From contig JAUCBJ010000284.1 in NCBI GenBank assembly GCA_032718475.1, forward strand, positions 1 to 64,000: 64,000 nt of DNA. Direction: 5' to 3'. The translations under genes and the position numbers were made by a program. The notes beneath the pieces are model-generated. The model did no database searches. It had not been told where the DNA came from and saw only the letters and a list, made by a program, of their open reading frames with translations. Each line of letters opens with the position of its first letter. The stretch's first letter is position 1. Below are positions 47,753 to 60,270 of the stretch, piece by piece. Source of the stretch: Nemertoderma westbladi. Taxonomy: Eukaryota > Animalia > Xenacoelomorpha.

Positions 47753-47985
47753 CATTAGCGGGGTAGCTCAGTTGGTTGAGCGACGGGCCTGCAATCTATT
47801 GGTTGTAGGTTCAGCCCCGCCAGGGTCCACTCAGCCTTTCATCCACTGGGGTCGATAAAATGAGTACCAGTTAAATAACTGGGAGAAAATCTTGGGATAG
47901 GAGTAGCGCCCACCCCTACCCTCGGTAGCAGCTATCGAAAGAGGAGCCTTCGGGTCGCCTCCGGCTTCGGCCGACTGTTTGCTTG
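47753..47985 (+). mobile_element. Full-length tRNA-derived SINE with 13-bp TSD
   Basis: Head GGGGTAGCTCAGTTGGTTGAGCG...CTGCAAT...GGTTCAGCCCC; central CTCAGCCTTTCATCC..GGTCGATAAAATGAGTACCAG; TSD CTACGATACTTTG at 47740-47752 and 47986-47998. Confidence 0.88.
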
Positions 47986-48324
47986 CTACGATACTTTGTA
48001 GTGCTATTTTGTTTAGTTTAATTTATAATATTAGTTCCTGAATAATATTTATATATTAATAATAAATAATATAATACTAGACATAAATTATTGCATTACA
48101 TTTTTATTACTTTGTTATTATTGTTATGGCTTTTAATCTTCTACTATTTAAGGAAGCAAAGGCAGAGATAGGCCGTGGCTAGTCCATTTAAAGAATTCGT
48201 GCCGTAACGAAAAAAAAATAATTTAAATCACAGTTTTATTTGATGTAAGTGTTGACCATCCAACAGCCTCGGTAATATTAGATATTATTGAATATTTTAG
48301 TGGTATTGTAATAAAATAACATAG

Positions 48325-49386
48325 ATGGAGATATTGGCCGTTATTACTGCTCTGTTTGCGACATCAGGCTCGTTTGTCGAAGCGGGAGTATCCCTTCCGG
48401 CACTGAGCGCAACAGAAACTATTGCAATGCTTATGAGGCAATTGTTGACGTATTCCTACGAGGAATTTGATAATACATTATTTCAGAACCGCCTTAAATT
48501 TGTACAGATCGATTTGGTTATGAACAACATTAGACGTGACATTGGGGATATAGATAACACAGTAAATAACATGGAAAGTTCGAGTAACTATGCGGATCTG
48601 TCTCACAAAGCAAAGGAAATCGAATCTATTATGAAACATATAGGAGAATACGGTGTCGGCTTGTCGGATACATGCTACATGCTGTACCAACATCTAGATC
48701 CCATGGGACGCTCTTTATTCCATTGCGACATCCACGAACCCCATGGCCCCTGGGTTATAATACAAAGAAGAGTCGACGATCGCGAAAACTTCAAGCGCAA
48801 CTGGACTGACTACCAACGGGGTTTCGGTATGAAACAGGGTAACTTTTGGATTGGACTCGACAACATAGCTAAATTAACTGAAAATGGCTCTGCTACACTC
48901 ATGGTTAAAATCTTTAAGGAGATCTACGGTGCCGCTACTTTCACATCCTATATATATCACAATTTTACTATTGAACAAGACAATGAATATCGGATGACAT
49001 ATTTAAATGGAGGATATTTGGAGAATGGAGATTTCATTGTTGACCCTTCATTTGCATTCTTCAATAAAAGTGAAGGAAACGGATTTCAAGGTCTTTATGG
49101 TTCTACGTTTTCTACCCCAGATATATACCAGCCCTCATACGAACATTCAAAAAATTGTCCAGCGTTGTTCGGAGGTGGTTGGTGGTATGAATATTCTGAC
49201 ATTGTACGATATGAACAGTGTACGTCTTCAAATCCCAATGGCGAATATTCATTTGAAACGGAAATTGATTGGGGAATGTTTTGGTACGATCGCGACAATC
49301 TTGTCTACAAAGTTGAGATGAAAATACAAATAGATAAAGAAAACCTCATTCGCTTTCTAGAGGAAGGTGGTGGGGTTTTTGTATAA
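48325..49386 (+). CDS. Secreted fibrinogen-related domain (FReD) protein, single exon
   Basis: Signal peptide, short coiled coil, then WVIIQRR, FKRNWTDYQRGFG, FWIGLDNI, FSTPD, GGWW, C..SNPNG, VEMKI. Confidence 0.92.
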   Translation: MEILAVITALFATSGSFVEAGVSLPALSATETIAMLMRQLLTYSYEEFDNTLFQNRLKFVQIDLVMNNIRRDIGDIDNTVNNMESSSNYADLSHKAKEIESIMKHIGEYGVGLSDTCYMLYQHLDPMGRSLFHCDIHEPHGPWVIIQRRVDDRENFKRNWTDYQRGFGMKQGNFWIGLDNIAKLTENGSATLMVKIFKEIYGAATFTSYIYHNFTIEQDNEYRMTYLNGGYLENGDFIVDPSFAFFNKSEGNGFQGLYGSTFSTPDIYQPSYEHSKNCPALFGGGWWYEYSDIVRYEQCTSSNPNGEYSFETEIDWGMFWYDRDNLVYKVEMKIQIDKENLIRFLEEGGGVFV

Positions 49387-52300
49387 TTATAAGATTCATT
49401 AGGGCCTACTTCTATCGCTTTCTAGAGGAAGGTGGCGGGGTTTTAGTATAATGTTAAGATTCATTAGGGCCTACTTCTATCGCTTTCTAGAGGAAGGTGG
49501 TGGGGTTTTAGTATAATGTTAAGATTCATTAGGGCCTACTTCTATCGCTTTCTAGAGGAAGGTGGTGGGGTTTTAGTATAATTTTAAGATTCATTAGGGC
49601 CTACTTCTATCGCTTTCTAGAGGAAGGTGGTGGGGTTTTTGTATAATTATAAGATTCATTAGGGCCTACTTCTATCGCTTTCTAGAGGAAGGTGGTGGGG
49701 TTTTAGTATAATTTTAAGATTCATTAGGGCCTACTTCTATCGCTTTCTAGAGGAAGGTGGTGGGGTTTTAGTATAATTTTAAGATTCATTAGGGCCTACT
49801 TCTATCGCTTTCTAGAGGAAGGTGGTGGGGTTTTAGTATAATGTTAAGATTCATTAGGGCCTACTTCTATCGCTTTCTAGAGGAAGGTGGTGGGGTTTTA
49901 GTATAATTTTAAGATTCATTAGGGCCTACTTCTATCGCTTTCTAGAGGAAGGTGGTGGGGTTTTAGTATAATGTTAAGATTCATTAGGGCCTAGTTCTAT
50001 CGCTTTCTAGAGGAAGGTGGTGGGGTTTTAGTATAATGTTAAGATTCATTAGGGCCTACTTCTATCGCTTTCTAGAGGAAGGTGGTGGGGTTTTTGTATA
50101 ATTATAAGATTCATTAGGGCCTACTTCTATCGCTTTCTAGAGGAAGGTGGTGGGGTTTTTGTATAATTATAAGATTCATTAGGGCCTACTTCTATCGCTT
50201 TCTAGAGGAAGGTGGTGGGGTTTTTGTATAATTATAAGATTCATTAGGGCCTACTTCTATCGCTTTCTAGAGGAAGGTGGTGGGGTTTTAGTATAATTTT
50301 AAGATTCATTAGGGCCTACTTCTATCGCTTTCTAGAGGAAGGTGGTGGGGTTTTTGTATAATTATAAGATTCATTAGGGCCTACTTCTATCGCTTTCTAG
50401 AGGAAGGTGGTGGGGTTTTTGTATAATTATAAGATTCATTAGGGCCTACTTCTATCGCTTTCTAGAGGAAGGTGGTGGGGTTTTAGTATAATTTTAAAAT
50501 TCATTAGGGCCTACTTCTATCGCTTTCTAGAGGAAGGTGGTGGGGTTTTAGTATAATTTTAAGATTCATTAGGGCCTACTTCTATCGCTTTCTAGAGGAA
50601 GGTGGTGGGGTTTTAGTATAATTTTAAGATTTATTAGGGCCTACTTCTATCGCTTTCTAGAGGAAGGTGGTGGGGGTTTAGTATAATTTTAAGATTCATT
50701 AGGGCCTACTTCTATCGCTTTCTAGAGGAAGGTGGTGGGGTTTTAGTATAATTTTAAGATTCATTAGGGCCTACTTCTATCGCTTTCTAGAGGAAGGTGG
50801 TGGGGTTTTAGTATAACTTTAAGATACATTAGGGCCTACTTCTATCGCTTTCTAGAGGAAGGTGGTGGGGTTTTAGTATAATTTTAAGATTTATTAGGGC
50901 CTACTTCTATCGCTTTCTAGAGGAAGGTGGTGGGGTTTTAGTATAATTTTAAGATTCATTAGGGCCTACTTCTATCGCTTTCTAGAGGAAGGTGGTGGGG
51001 TTTTAGTATAATTTTAAGATTCATTAGGGCCTACTTCTATCGCTTTCTAGAGGAAGGTGGTGGGGTTTTAGTATAATTTCAAGATTCATTAGGGCCTACT
51101 TCTATCGCTTTCTAGAGGAAGGTGGTGGGGTTTTAGTATAATTTTAAGATTCATTAGGGCCTACTTCTATCGCTTTCTAGAGGAAGGTGGTGGGGTTTTA
51201 GTATAATTTTAAGATTCATTAGGGCCTACTTCTATCGCTTTCTAGAGGAAGGTGGTGGGGTTTTAGTATAATTTTAAGATTCATTAGGGCCTACTTCTAT
51301 CGCTTTCTTGAGGAAGGTGGTGGGGTTTTAGTATAATTTTAAGATTCATTAGGGCCTACTTCTATCGCTTTCTAGAGGAAGCTGGTGGGGTTTTAGTATA
51401 ATTTTAAGATTCATTAGGGCCTACTTCTATCGCTTTCTAGAGGAAGGTGGTGGGGTTTTAGTATAATTTTAAGATTCATTAGGGCCTACTTCTATCGCTT
51501 TCTAGAGGAAGGTGGTGGGGTTTTAGTATAATGTTAAGATTCATTAGGGCCTACTTCTATCGCTTTCTAGAGGAAGGTGGTGGGGTTTTAGTATAATTTT
51601 AAGATTCATTAGGGCCTACTTCTATCGCTTTCTAGAGGAAGGTGGTGGGGTTTTAGTATAATGTTAAGATTCATTAGGGCCTACTTCTATCGCTTTCTAG
51701 AGGAAGGTGGTGGGGTTTTAGTATAATTTTAAGATTCATTAGGGCCTACTTCTATCGCTTTCTAGAGGAAGGTGGTGGGGTTTTAGTATAATGTTAAGAT
51801 TCATTAGGGCCTACTTCTATCGCTTTCTAGAGGAAGGTGGTGGGGTTTTAGTATAATTTTAAGATTCATTAGGGCCTACTTCTATCGCTTTCTAGAGGAA
51901 GGTGGTGGGGTTTTAGTATAATTTTAAGATTCATTAGGGCCTACTTCTATCGCTTTCTAGAGGAAGGTGGTGGGGTTTTAGTATAATTTTAAGATTCATT
52001 AGGGCCTACTTCTATCGCTTTCTAGAGGAAGGTGGTGGGGTTTTTGTATAATTATAAGATTCATTAGGGCCTACTTCTATCGCTTTCTAGAGGAAGGTGG
52101 TGGGGTTTTAGTATAATTTTAAGATTCATTAGGGCCTACTTCTATCGCTTTCTAGAGGAAGGTGGTGGGGTTTTAGTATAATTTTAAGATTCATTAGGGC
52201 CTACTTCTATCGCTTTCTAGAGGAAGGTGGTGGGGTTTTAGTATAATGTTAAGATTCATTAGGGCCTAGTTCTATCGCTTTCTAGAGGAAGGTGGTGGGG

Positions 52301-54093
52301 TTTTAGTATAATGTTAAGATTCATTAGGGCCTACTTCTATCGCTTTCTAGAGGAAGGTGGTGGGGTTTTAGTACAATTTTAAGATTCATTAGGGCCTACT
52401 TCTATCGCTTTCTAGAGGAAGGTGGTGGGGTTTTTGTATAATTATAAGATTCATTAGGGCCTACTTCTATCGCTTTCTAGAGGAAGGTGGTGGGGTTTTT
52501 GTATAATTATAAGATTCATTAGGGCCTACTTCTATCGCTTTCTAGAGGAAGGTGGTGGGGTTTTTGTATAATTATAAGATTCATTAGGGCCTACTTCTAT
52601 CGCTTTCTAGAGGAAGGTGGTGGGGTTTTTGTATAATTATAAGATTCATTAGGGCCTACTTCTATCGCTTTCTAGAGGAAGGTGGTGGGGTTTTAGTATA
52701 ATTTTAAGATTCATTAGGGCCTATTTCTATCGCTTTCTAGAGGAAGGTGGTGGGGTTTTAGTATAATTTTAAGATTCATTAGGGCCTACTTCTATCGCTT
52801 TCTAGAGGAAGGTGGTGGGGTTTTAGTATAATTTTAATATTTATTAGGGCCTACTTCTATCGCTTTCTAGAGGAAGGTGGTGGGGTTTTAGTATAATTTT
52901 AAGATTCATTAGGGCCTACTTCTATCGCTTTCTAGAGGAAGGTGGTGGGGTTTTAGTATAATTTCAAGATTCATTAGGGCCTACTTCTATCGCTTTTAGA
53001 GGAAGGTGGTGGGGTTTTAGTATAATTTTAAGATTCATTAGGGCCTACTTCTATCGCTTTCTAGAGGAAGGTGGTGGGGTTTTAGTATAATTTTAAGATT
53101 CATTAGGGCCTACTTCTATCGCTTTCTAGAGGAAGGTGGTGGGGTTTTAGTATAATGTTAAGATTCATTAGGGCCTACTTCTATCGCTTTCTAGAGGAAG
53201 GTGGTGGGGTTTTAGTATAATTTTAAGATTCATTAGGGCCTACTTCTATCGCTTTCTAGAGGAAGGTGGTGGGGTTTTAGTATAATTTTAAGATTCATTA
53301 GGGCCTACTTCTATCGCTTTCTAGAGGAAGGTGGTGGGGTTATAGTATAATTTTAAGATTCATTAGGGCCTACTTCTATCGCTTTCTAGAGGAAGGTGGT
53401 GGGGTTTTAGTATAATTTTAAGATTCATTAGGGCCTACTTCTATCGCTTTCTAGAGGAAGGTGGTGGGGTTTTAGTATAATTTTAAGATTCATTAGGGCC
53501 TACTTCTATCGCTTTCTAGAGGAAGGTGGTGGGGTTTTTGTATAATTTTAAGATTCATTAGGGCCTACTTCTATCGCTTTCTAGAGGAAGGTGGTGGGGT
53601 TTTAGTATAATTTTAAGATTCATTAGGGCCTACTTCTATCGCTTTCTAGAGGAAGGTGGTGGGGTTTTTGTATAATTTTAAGATTCATTAGGGCCTACTT
53701 CTATCGCTTTCTAGAGGAAGGTGGTGGGGTTTTAGTATAATTTTAAGATTCATTAGGGCCTACTTCTATCGCTTTCTAGAGGAAGGTGGTGGGGTTTTAG
53801 TATAATTTTAAGATTCATTAGGGCCTACTTCTATCGCTTTCTAGAGGAAGGTGGTGGGGTTTTAGTATAATTTTAAGATTCATTAGGGCCTACTTCTATC
53901 GTTTCTAGAGGAAGGTGGTGGGGTTTTAGTATAATTTTAAGATTCATTAGGGCCTACTTCTATCGCTTTATAGAGGAAGGTGGTGGGGTTTTAGTATAAT
54001 TTTAAGATTCATTAGGGCCTACTTCTATCGCTTTCTAGAGGAAGGTGGTGGGGTTTTAGTATAATTTTAAGATTCATTAGGGCCTACTTCTAC
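49350..54093. repeat. 65-bp tandem array, ~73 units, overlapping the FReD stop codon
   Basis: Unit CGCTTTCTAGAGGAAGGTGGTGGGGTTTTAGTATAATTTTAAGATTCATTAGGGCCTACTTCTAT; period 65 checked at 49351/49416/49481. Confidence 0.98.
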
Positions 54094-54599
54094 TATTTAT
54101 TGTTCATTTAGTAAAATAATATATTAATTAGGTGAAGGGATTGAAGGTGAAGTTTTTAGACATCTTTAGTCTTTACTGTAGTTTATTGAATGTGTTATAT
54201 CTGTCTGGTTATCTAATCTATGACATTTAGACCAGAGAAGCAGGATTTATGCAGCGCGGTTTATATTATTGGATGTTTAAATGTTTCCGATCTGTATAAA
54301 TCAGATGCCGCACCGTAGCGGCATTATTAATGTGCCGCTGGAATTATCCCACTTTTTGGAACGAGGATGGGTTTCACAACAAAACTCTGTAAACATATAT
54401 GCGAAGTATCAGCCGTGAACTTTTTTTTTAATATGACCGCAAATTCTATCTGCCATAAACGTTTGCTATGAAAACTGACGGCAAATTCAATCTGCCGTAA
54501 AATTTGACGGCAAATTCAATCTGCCAAGCACTTTCACAGCATATTCATATATTGATAATTGATGTTAACGACATACTGACTAACAGGGGGTTGGTATGT

Positions 54600-55383
54600 A
54601 TATATTAAATTAAATTAAAGGAAGAACAGGAGTCGTACACCCCCAATAAAAATATAAAATCGGGACATTTAGCCCAAAATATTTCTCGACCCCTAGGGTC
54701 ATCGAAGAACAACAAACACACAAACACAAAACAAATATAAATACATGCTAAACATACAGGTATGTGTCGCAACCCTAAGCCTACCCGCCATGCACTAAAT
54801 GATACCGTTAATAACTGCACAATAGCTAAGCCTATATTCTATAGAAATATATGACAATTTTGTCGCCGTGAAAGGGGTATGACTGAGGCAAATATAATTA
54901 ATTTGTGAAAAATATGGTTGCGTTTCAGTGTCTTGGACCAGTACGCGCTAATGGTGCGATTAATTTAGGTCATTGGTGCAATATAGATAGGCTTGGCTAA
55001 TTCCCTGTCCAGCTGACGAGGTGTCGAGGATTAGCGCGTACTGGTCCAAGACACTGAAACGCAACCATATTTTTCACAAATTAATTATTTTTGCCTCAGT
55101 CATACCCCTTTCACGGCGACAAAATTGTCATATATTTTCTTATAGAATATAGGCTTAGCTATTGTGCAGTTATTAACGGTATCATTTAGTGCATGGCGGG
55201 TAGGCTTAGGGTGCGACACATACCTGTATGTTTAGCATGTATTTATATTTGTTTTGTGTTTGTGTGTTTGTTGTTCTTCGATGACCCTAGGGGTCGAGAA
55301 ATATTTTGGGCTAAATGTCCCGATTCTATATTTTTATTGGGGGTGTAAGACTCCTGTTCTTCCTTTAATTTAATTTAATATAT
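54600..55383. mobile_element. Foldback/MITE-like element with ~350-bp inverted arms and 77-bp spacer
   Basis: Arm 54600-54952 is the near-exact reverse complement of 55030-55383; ends lie in TA-rich context. Confidence 0.9.
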
Positions 55384-56224
55384 TCATATATTGGCTGATA
55401 TACAGTGGGCCTATATTAATAAATCATTTGTGGATATGACTTTTTAATCTCAATTTTGTTGTAAGCTTGCATAGTCTGCCCAGCTTAACCTAAGTAATAA
55501 CATAAGGGCTTACAGGTGATATTGAAAAAAACATTGAGAAAAAAGCAAATATAATATTTAATATTGAGAAAAAAAACATTGATTGGAATTACGCCTAATA
55601 CTAAATGAATAGCCATTGTGACTGGTTATACCACCACTTGGCTCTCTCCCATATGGTGATGTGAATTGGTAGAAGCGGCGCATATGTACAAGACCTTTAA
55701 CTCAATTAACTGTGTCTTAAAACAGAGGCTTATTCGTCTGTAATTCTCCAGTCCGTCGCTAGAGGGCGAAATTTCTGAAAGAGATAACCTTCCTCAATCT
55801 CGTTGTTTATAATCCATTTAAGCAGAAACTTGACATAACCTACAGTATATATACTAGACCACAGGCTGCGTCTTTGTAATGAAGATGGTCTGACCACAGT
55901 TCTCAAGTCTGCCACTAGAGGTCGAAATGTGTGGGTTATTCTCAAATTACCTGATTTGTTTTCTGTTCAAATAACGAAACTTGACAGATATTCGTGCTAG
56001 ACCATCCATAGGCCTAGTGGTAGACTAATCCGTCGGCAGTTCTCCAGTCTACCGCTAGTGGGCTGAAATGAAAACATTTCTAAAACGTTCCCCATTTCGT
56101 AATTTTAGGTCCGCGTAGCGAGACCTCTAGGATAGACTCCGTTGTTGCTTGTTGGTATGTCGTTGGTGGTGGTGGAGTTTGTTGTTAATTTCCAGATAGG
56201 TTTTAGCTTTATAAGGCTTCATAC

Positions 56225-56297
56225 GGCGCAGTGGCGAAGTTGGTAGATCGTTGGACTTGGAATCTCTAGGTACAGAGTTCAATCCCAGTTTCCGCTG
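56225..56297 (+). mobile_element. Degenerate tRNA-like sequence inside a repeat bounded by AGGTCCGCGT/ACGCGGACCT
   Basis: TGGCGAAGTTGG A-box and GAGTTCAATCCC B-box; poor cloverleaf; inverted 10-mers at ~56106 and ~56340. Confidence 0.45.
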
Positions 56298-56718
56298 TGT
56301 ATTTTCGGTACTGTAACAGGTAGGTTCAAGCGTTAGTAGACGCGGACCTTTTGAGCGATTTCGCGCTTGTTGTCTCTAATCCTTCCTTCATACTCCCCTC
56401 TGTTTACAATAGCAATTGAGATTATATCACAAGATTTGTATTCTCACAGACATGTTTAATTGATTTATTGTGATTCTTCGTCTTTGAATAAAACAATCCT
56501 TTTGAGGAATCGCGTAATTGGCAGGTGTGCTTCATTAGCAACCTAATTTAATGGCTTTGTATACTATGTACACAAATACTGTATACTTCATTCAGTATAA
56601 ACCGGTACATAAATATATATACCAAGTATAAATAATAAATACCAAGTAAATACAGTTCAAATTTTTGAAAACAGCAAATAAAAGTAAAGATAATAATTTA
56701 TTGTTATTAAAAATTAAA

Positions 56719-57660
56719 ATGAAATGCAACTTGATTGGCTACACTTCGAAAATGACAATAATTTTATACATATTGCTACTAATGGCTGTAAAAAATGATG
56801 CCGCACTCAGTGCCCACGACATCGTTCAGAATATTGTCGATTCGAATGGCATTAGATTTTCAATATACTTTATGAGCATAATAGACGATTTGATTGCAGA
56901 AGTAAACCGCTTAATCGATGTAAAGGGTCAGAAATTAAACAACATTACAGTATCTATAAACGAGCTCCTTAATAATGTGAAGGATTCAAGGCATCTTATC
57001 CAAGGTGTATCTCGGGAGTGCGGAATCTACTTCGATCAACTTGACGATATCGGTAAACATCTATTCCATTGCGTTTCGGAGGAACCGTATCACGGTCGGC
57101 ATTGGATCGTAATCCAAAGGAGAATCAACAATTCCACGGCTTTCATCCGAAACTGGGCCGACTATAGGGCGGGTTTCGGCAATCGGGACGGCAGCTTCTG
57201 GTTGGGTCTCGAGAACATACATAAACTCACTTCTATCGGAGCAACGGAAGCTAAGATAGATATATATAGGAGCAGGGCGCCCAAGTCCAGCCTTCTCTAC
57301 CGGTACCAAAACTTCAACGTCGCAGGTGAATCCGATAAATACCGATTGGATTTCGATCACAAGAATTTTTCCGACACTTACGAGCGACAGACCTATGCGA
57401 ATGGGATGGATGGTAGTAATGGTGCACAGTTTTCAACCCCTGACAGAGATTTTGATGACCAAGTGGCCCACTGTGCAGACAAGTTTCAGTCAGGTTGGTG
57501 GTTCGGTGGGGAGAGATGCGCGGCTTCGAACGTTAATGGTCGCTACGTATTTAACCTGAAGGAGTGCTGGAACGCTGGTGTTCAGGCAATGCACTGGATC
57601 GATTTAATGTATTTTGTGGACATTGTAGAGATAAAGATCAAAATTCCTATTTTTGTTTAG
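56719..57660 (+). CDS. Secreted fibrinogen-related domain (FReD) protein, paralog of 48325-49386; start at 56719 or 56752
   Basis: Signal peptide MTIILYILLLMAV; WIVIQRR, FIRNWADYRAGFG, FWLGLENIH, FSTPDRD, GWWF, CAASNVNG; shares the D.(I/M)G..LFHC linker with the first copy. Confidence 0.92.
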   Translation: MKCNLIGYTSKMTIILYILLLMAVKNDAALSAHDIVQNIVDSNGIRFSIYFMSIIDDLIAEVNRLIDVKGQKLNNITVSINELLNNVKDSRHLIQGVSRECGIYFDQLDDIGKHLFHCVSEEPYHGRHWIVIQRRINNSTAFIRNWADYRAGFGNRDGSFWLGLENIHKLTSIGATEAKIDIYRSRAPKSSLLYRYQNFNVAGESDKYRLDFDHKNFSDTYERQTYANGMDGSNGAQFSTPDRDFDDQVAHCADKFQSGWWFGGERCAASNVNGRYVFNLKECWNAGVQAMHWIDLMYFVDIVEIKIKIPIFV

Positions 57661-59883
57661 AGAAAATATAAATAACAAAACGAAGAAATGACTATCGATT
57701 TTGGTGGAATATTATATTTGATCAGAGGCTGGGTAAAGGTTTTATGAACTGGTTTCTTTTTCTTTTGGTACATTATATATTCTTACATGTGAATAAAATC
57801 TATCAAAAACTATTATATTCTTTGTTTAACATTTATAAACTTCATTCGATAATATTACCATTTATTTCGTAGAGCATATGACAGCGGACCATATCGTATT
57901 AGAGAACTGTATTGAGGCCGCATCTCAAGGATTTGAGCCCCATCTTACAATATATTTCAATGTATATACTTATTCATTATATACGTCTATTCAAATTCCA
58001 GAACAATACGATTACAAAATCTGGCCAGAATAAGATTTTATCATTATAATATCATCGTTATAAGGTGACACTAATTAATGAAATTAATGATTCCAAATCA
58101 GTAAAAACATCTAAATTTCGTTGAGAAACAACTGAGATATGTGAGTTCTAAGTTGCATGTTTTTTTTCTCTGCAGGGAGGTTAATAACACACCCTCTATA
58201 GTTATTTTGTAGCTCCATGCTCCACTATTTTAAGCCTTTTTTCAACGATATACTTTACCACATAGTGACTCTCCCAGTGATCTCTGTCTAGGATTGTTCG
58301 ATTACGAAAAACATAAGTTTAAATGCAATTGTACATATTATTGAGAATATGAAACATTGAATATAATAAATAATACCGAAAAGACCATCTACATACAATA
58401 TGAAACTAGCCAAATAAATATTATTAGTAAGAAAGTTGTGAAAGTGTTTTACTGTATTCTTCAAATCAAGTCAATTCACAAATTTTTTGTCAAATATCAA
58501 AATGTCAAATATATGGCAAATAACACTCATTCGTATTGGTAAGTAGCAAAAACATGATTAATAAACTGATATTACATGTAATATTAATTTACTTATTATT
58601 ATTATATTAAATAATATAATAACTTATAATATTACAAGTTTAAATAGACTTGTATTAAATAGAAAATATCTCCAATATTTTGTGAATTATTTCGGAAATT
58701 TTTTTATGGTCAAAATGAGATATACAAATATTATACTTGGAAGCCTACGCGCTGTTTATCGTTATGCAGGACATTTAGGTATGTAATATAAATAAATCAC
58801 ATAAAATAACAGTGATACTCCTTAATTAACAGGAAATAATGCTGGGATAACAGTGTCATTAACAATAGCAATTATAGTGGGGAGGTTATAGTACGAAACA
58901 GTGGTGCTGGCCTGGAAGTAGCGAAACACGTCCATTTCAAGTCATTGTTCAATTTATCGTAAGGAAATAACACGCTGGAGAAGTAGCAAGTAGGCCTTAG
59001 GCCGCAATCACACTTCCGAGTCAAAGTCAAAATACAAAATGTAAAACACATCACATGAAATTTAATTTATTCTAGAACGCCATTATGTATTATATTAGGC
59101 CTGTATAATGTATTATTATTTATTATTGCTAGCTAGCTATATTTATTTTATTTTGACTTTGACTTTGATGTTTTTTTTTAATTACGAGATAAACATGTAT
59201 TTCTAAAGGCACGGTAGACACGAAATGCTCTGTATTACTAACTATTAATCTGCCTTAAAATCTTTTTTAGTTCACTACTTAATGATAATATTAGTCAAAA
59301 TCTACTTCAAAGTTTAACGTGAAGAAAACTCAACGAAATGCGGATAACAAACAATAGTAAACAAAACGATTGTGTCAGATCGAGTCAGCAGTAGGAATAT
59401 GTTAAAATAGTTAGTCCGCGACGTGCGACAGATAAGTATAACTTATCAAACATCAAACCAAAAACCCTTTCTACAAATTAAGTTAGTCAAAATAAACAGT
59501 ACAAATAATAAATAGATTATTTAGGAATACATAAAATTATTAGGGGATTACATTTCAGCTAATACTACTGTTATATTATTATACTTGTCACCTGTTGTAA
59601 TAATATTTAATATGATATATTATAAGTTAATGAGCACAACAGAACAAAATAGGTATATTTCAAAGCGAATGAATATTAATTAAGCTACAATTTATATGGC
59701 ATATTGTATTCAGCTATTTAGAAACGTGCAGCGGCTAATAAATTATATAAATATATTAAATACTCTAATTAGAAAATAAATATTTTAGGGTACATAGGTT
59801 ATGTTAAAACTGGAATCATACTTGTATAGAAATGGGCTAATTATAATCGTAATGCTGTATTACAGCTAATTTAATGCTGTGCC

Positions 59884-60270
59884 GACTTAGCGGCAAAATC
59901 ACGCCGCCACTTTTGCGACATCAGCTTCCCAAGAAAGTCATCGGCTGCCCACCATGGTTATTCTCTCCATGAGGTTGCCAAAGCACAAGATCGTGCACTG
60001 GATGGCCCTCACGGCAAACGAGATGTACTGCAAAGCGGAGGCGACTTTGTTCAAGTGTTCAAACTTGGGGGTAATAATGATAGACCCCCAATGCTATATA
60101 GTGTCTGGTTGGAGATGTGTTCATTGTACTTGACACAATGAACCCGGCGTAGCATTCTTGTGTATGTACCATCAAAAGATTTACTGTCCGCAGCAGTAAA
60201 GGCCCATCATGGACTCCCATATAGGAGTACTGGTTCTACTGCTGCCCAAAAATAATCGAATCTTGAGATT
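59884..60270 (-). mobile_element. Diverged RTE 3' fragment
   Basis: Reverse-complement similarity to the VLLYGSP...RMLRRVHC...RLRFA region with many substitutions. Confidence 0.8.

Noticed and set aside
49350-54093. CRISPR-like array or coding repeat
   Set aside because: No spacers; 65 is not a multiple of 3 and each unit contains stops.
55005-55070. Hammerhead ribozyme (CTGACGA...GACACTGAAAC)
   Set aside because: Core and a stem II can be drawn, but no stem I next to a cleavage triplet; pairing is explained by the fold-back arms.
46826-56297. Extra tRNA genes at ~46830, ~47757 and ~56225
   Set aside because: Broken acceptor or anticodon stems and embedding in repeats indicate SINE heads or pseudogenes.
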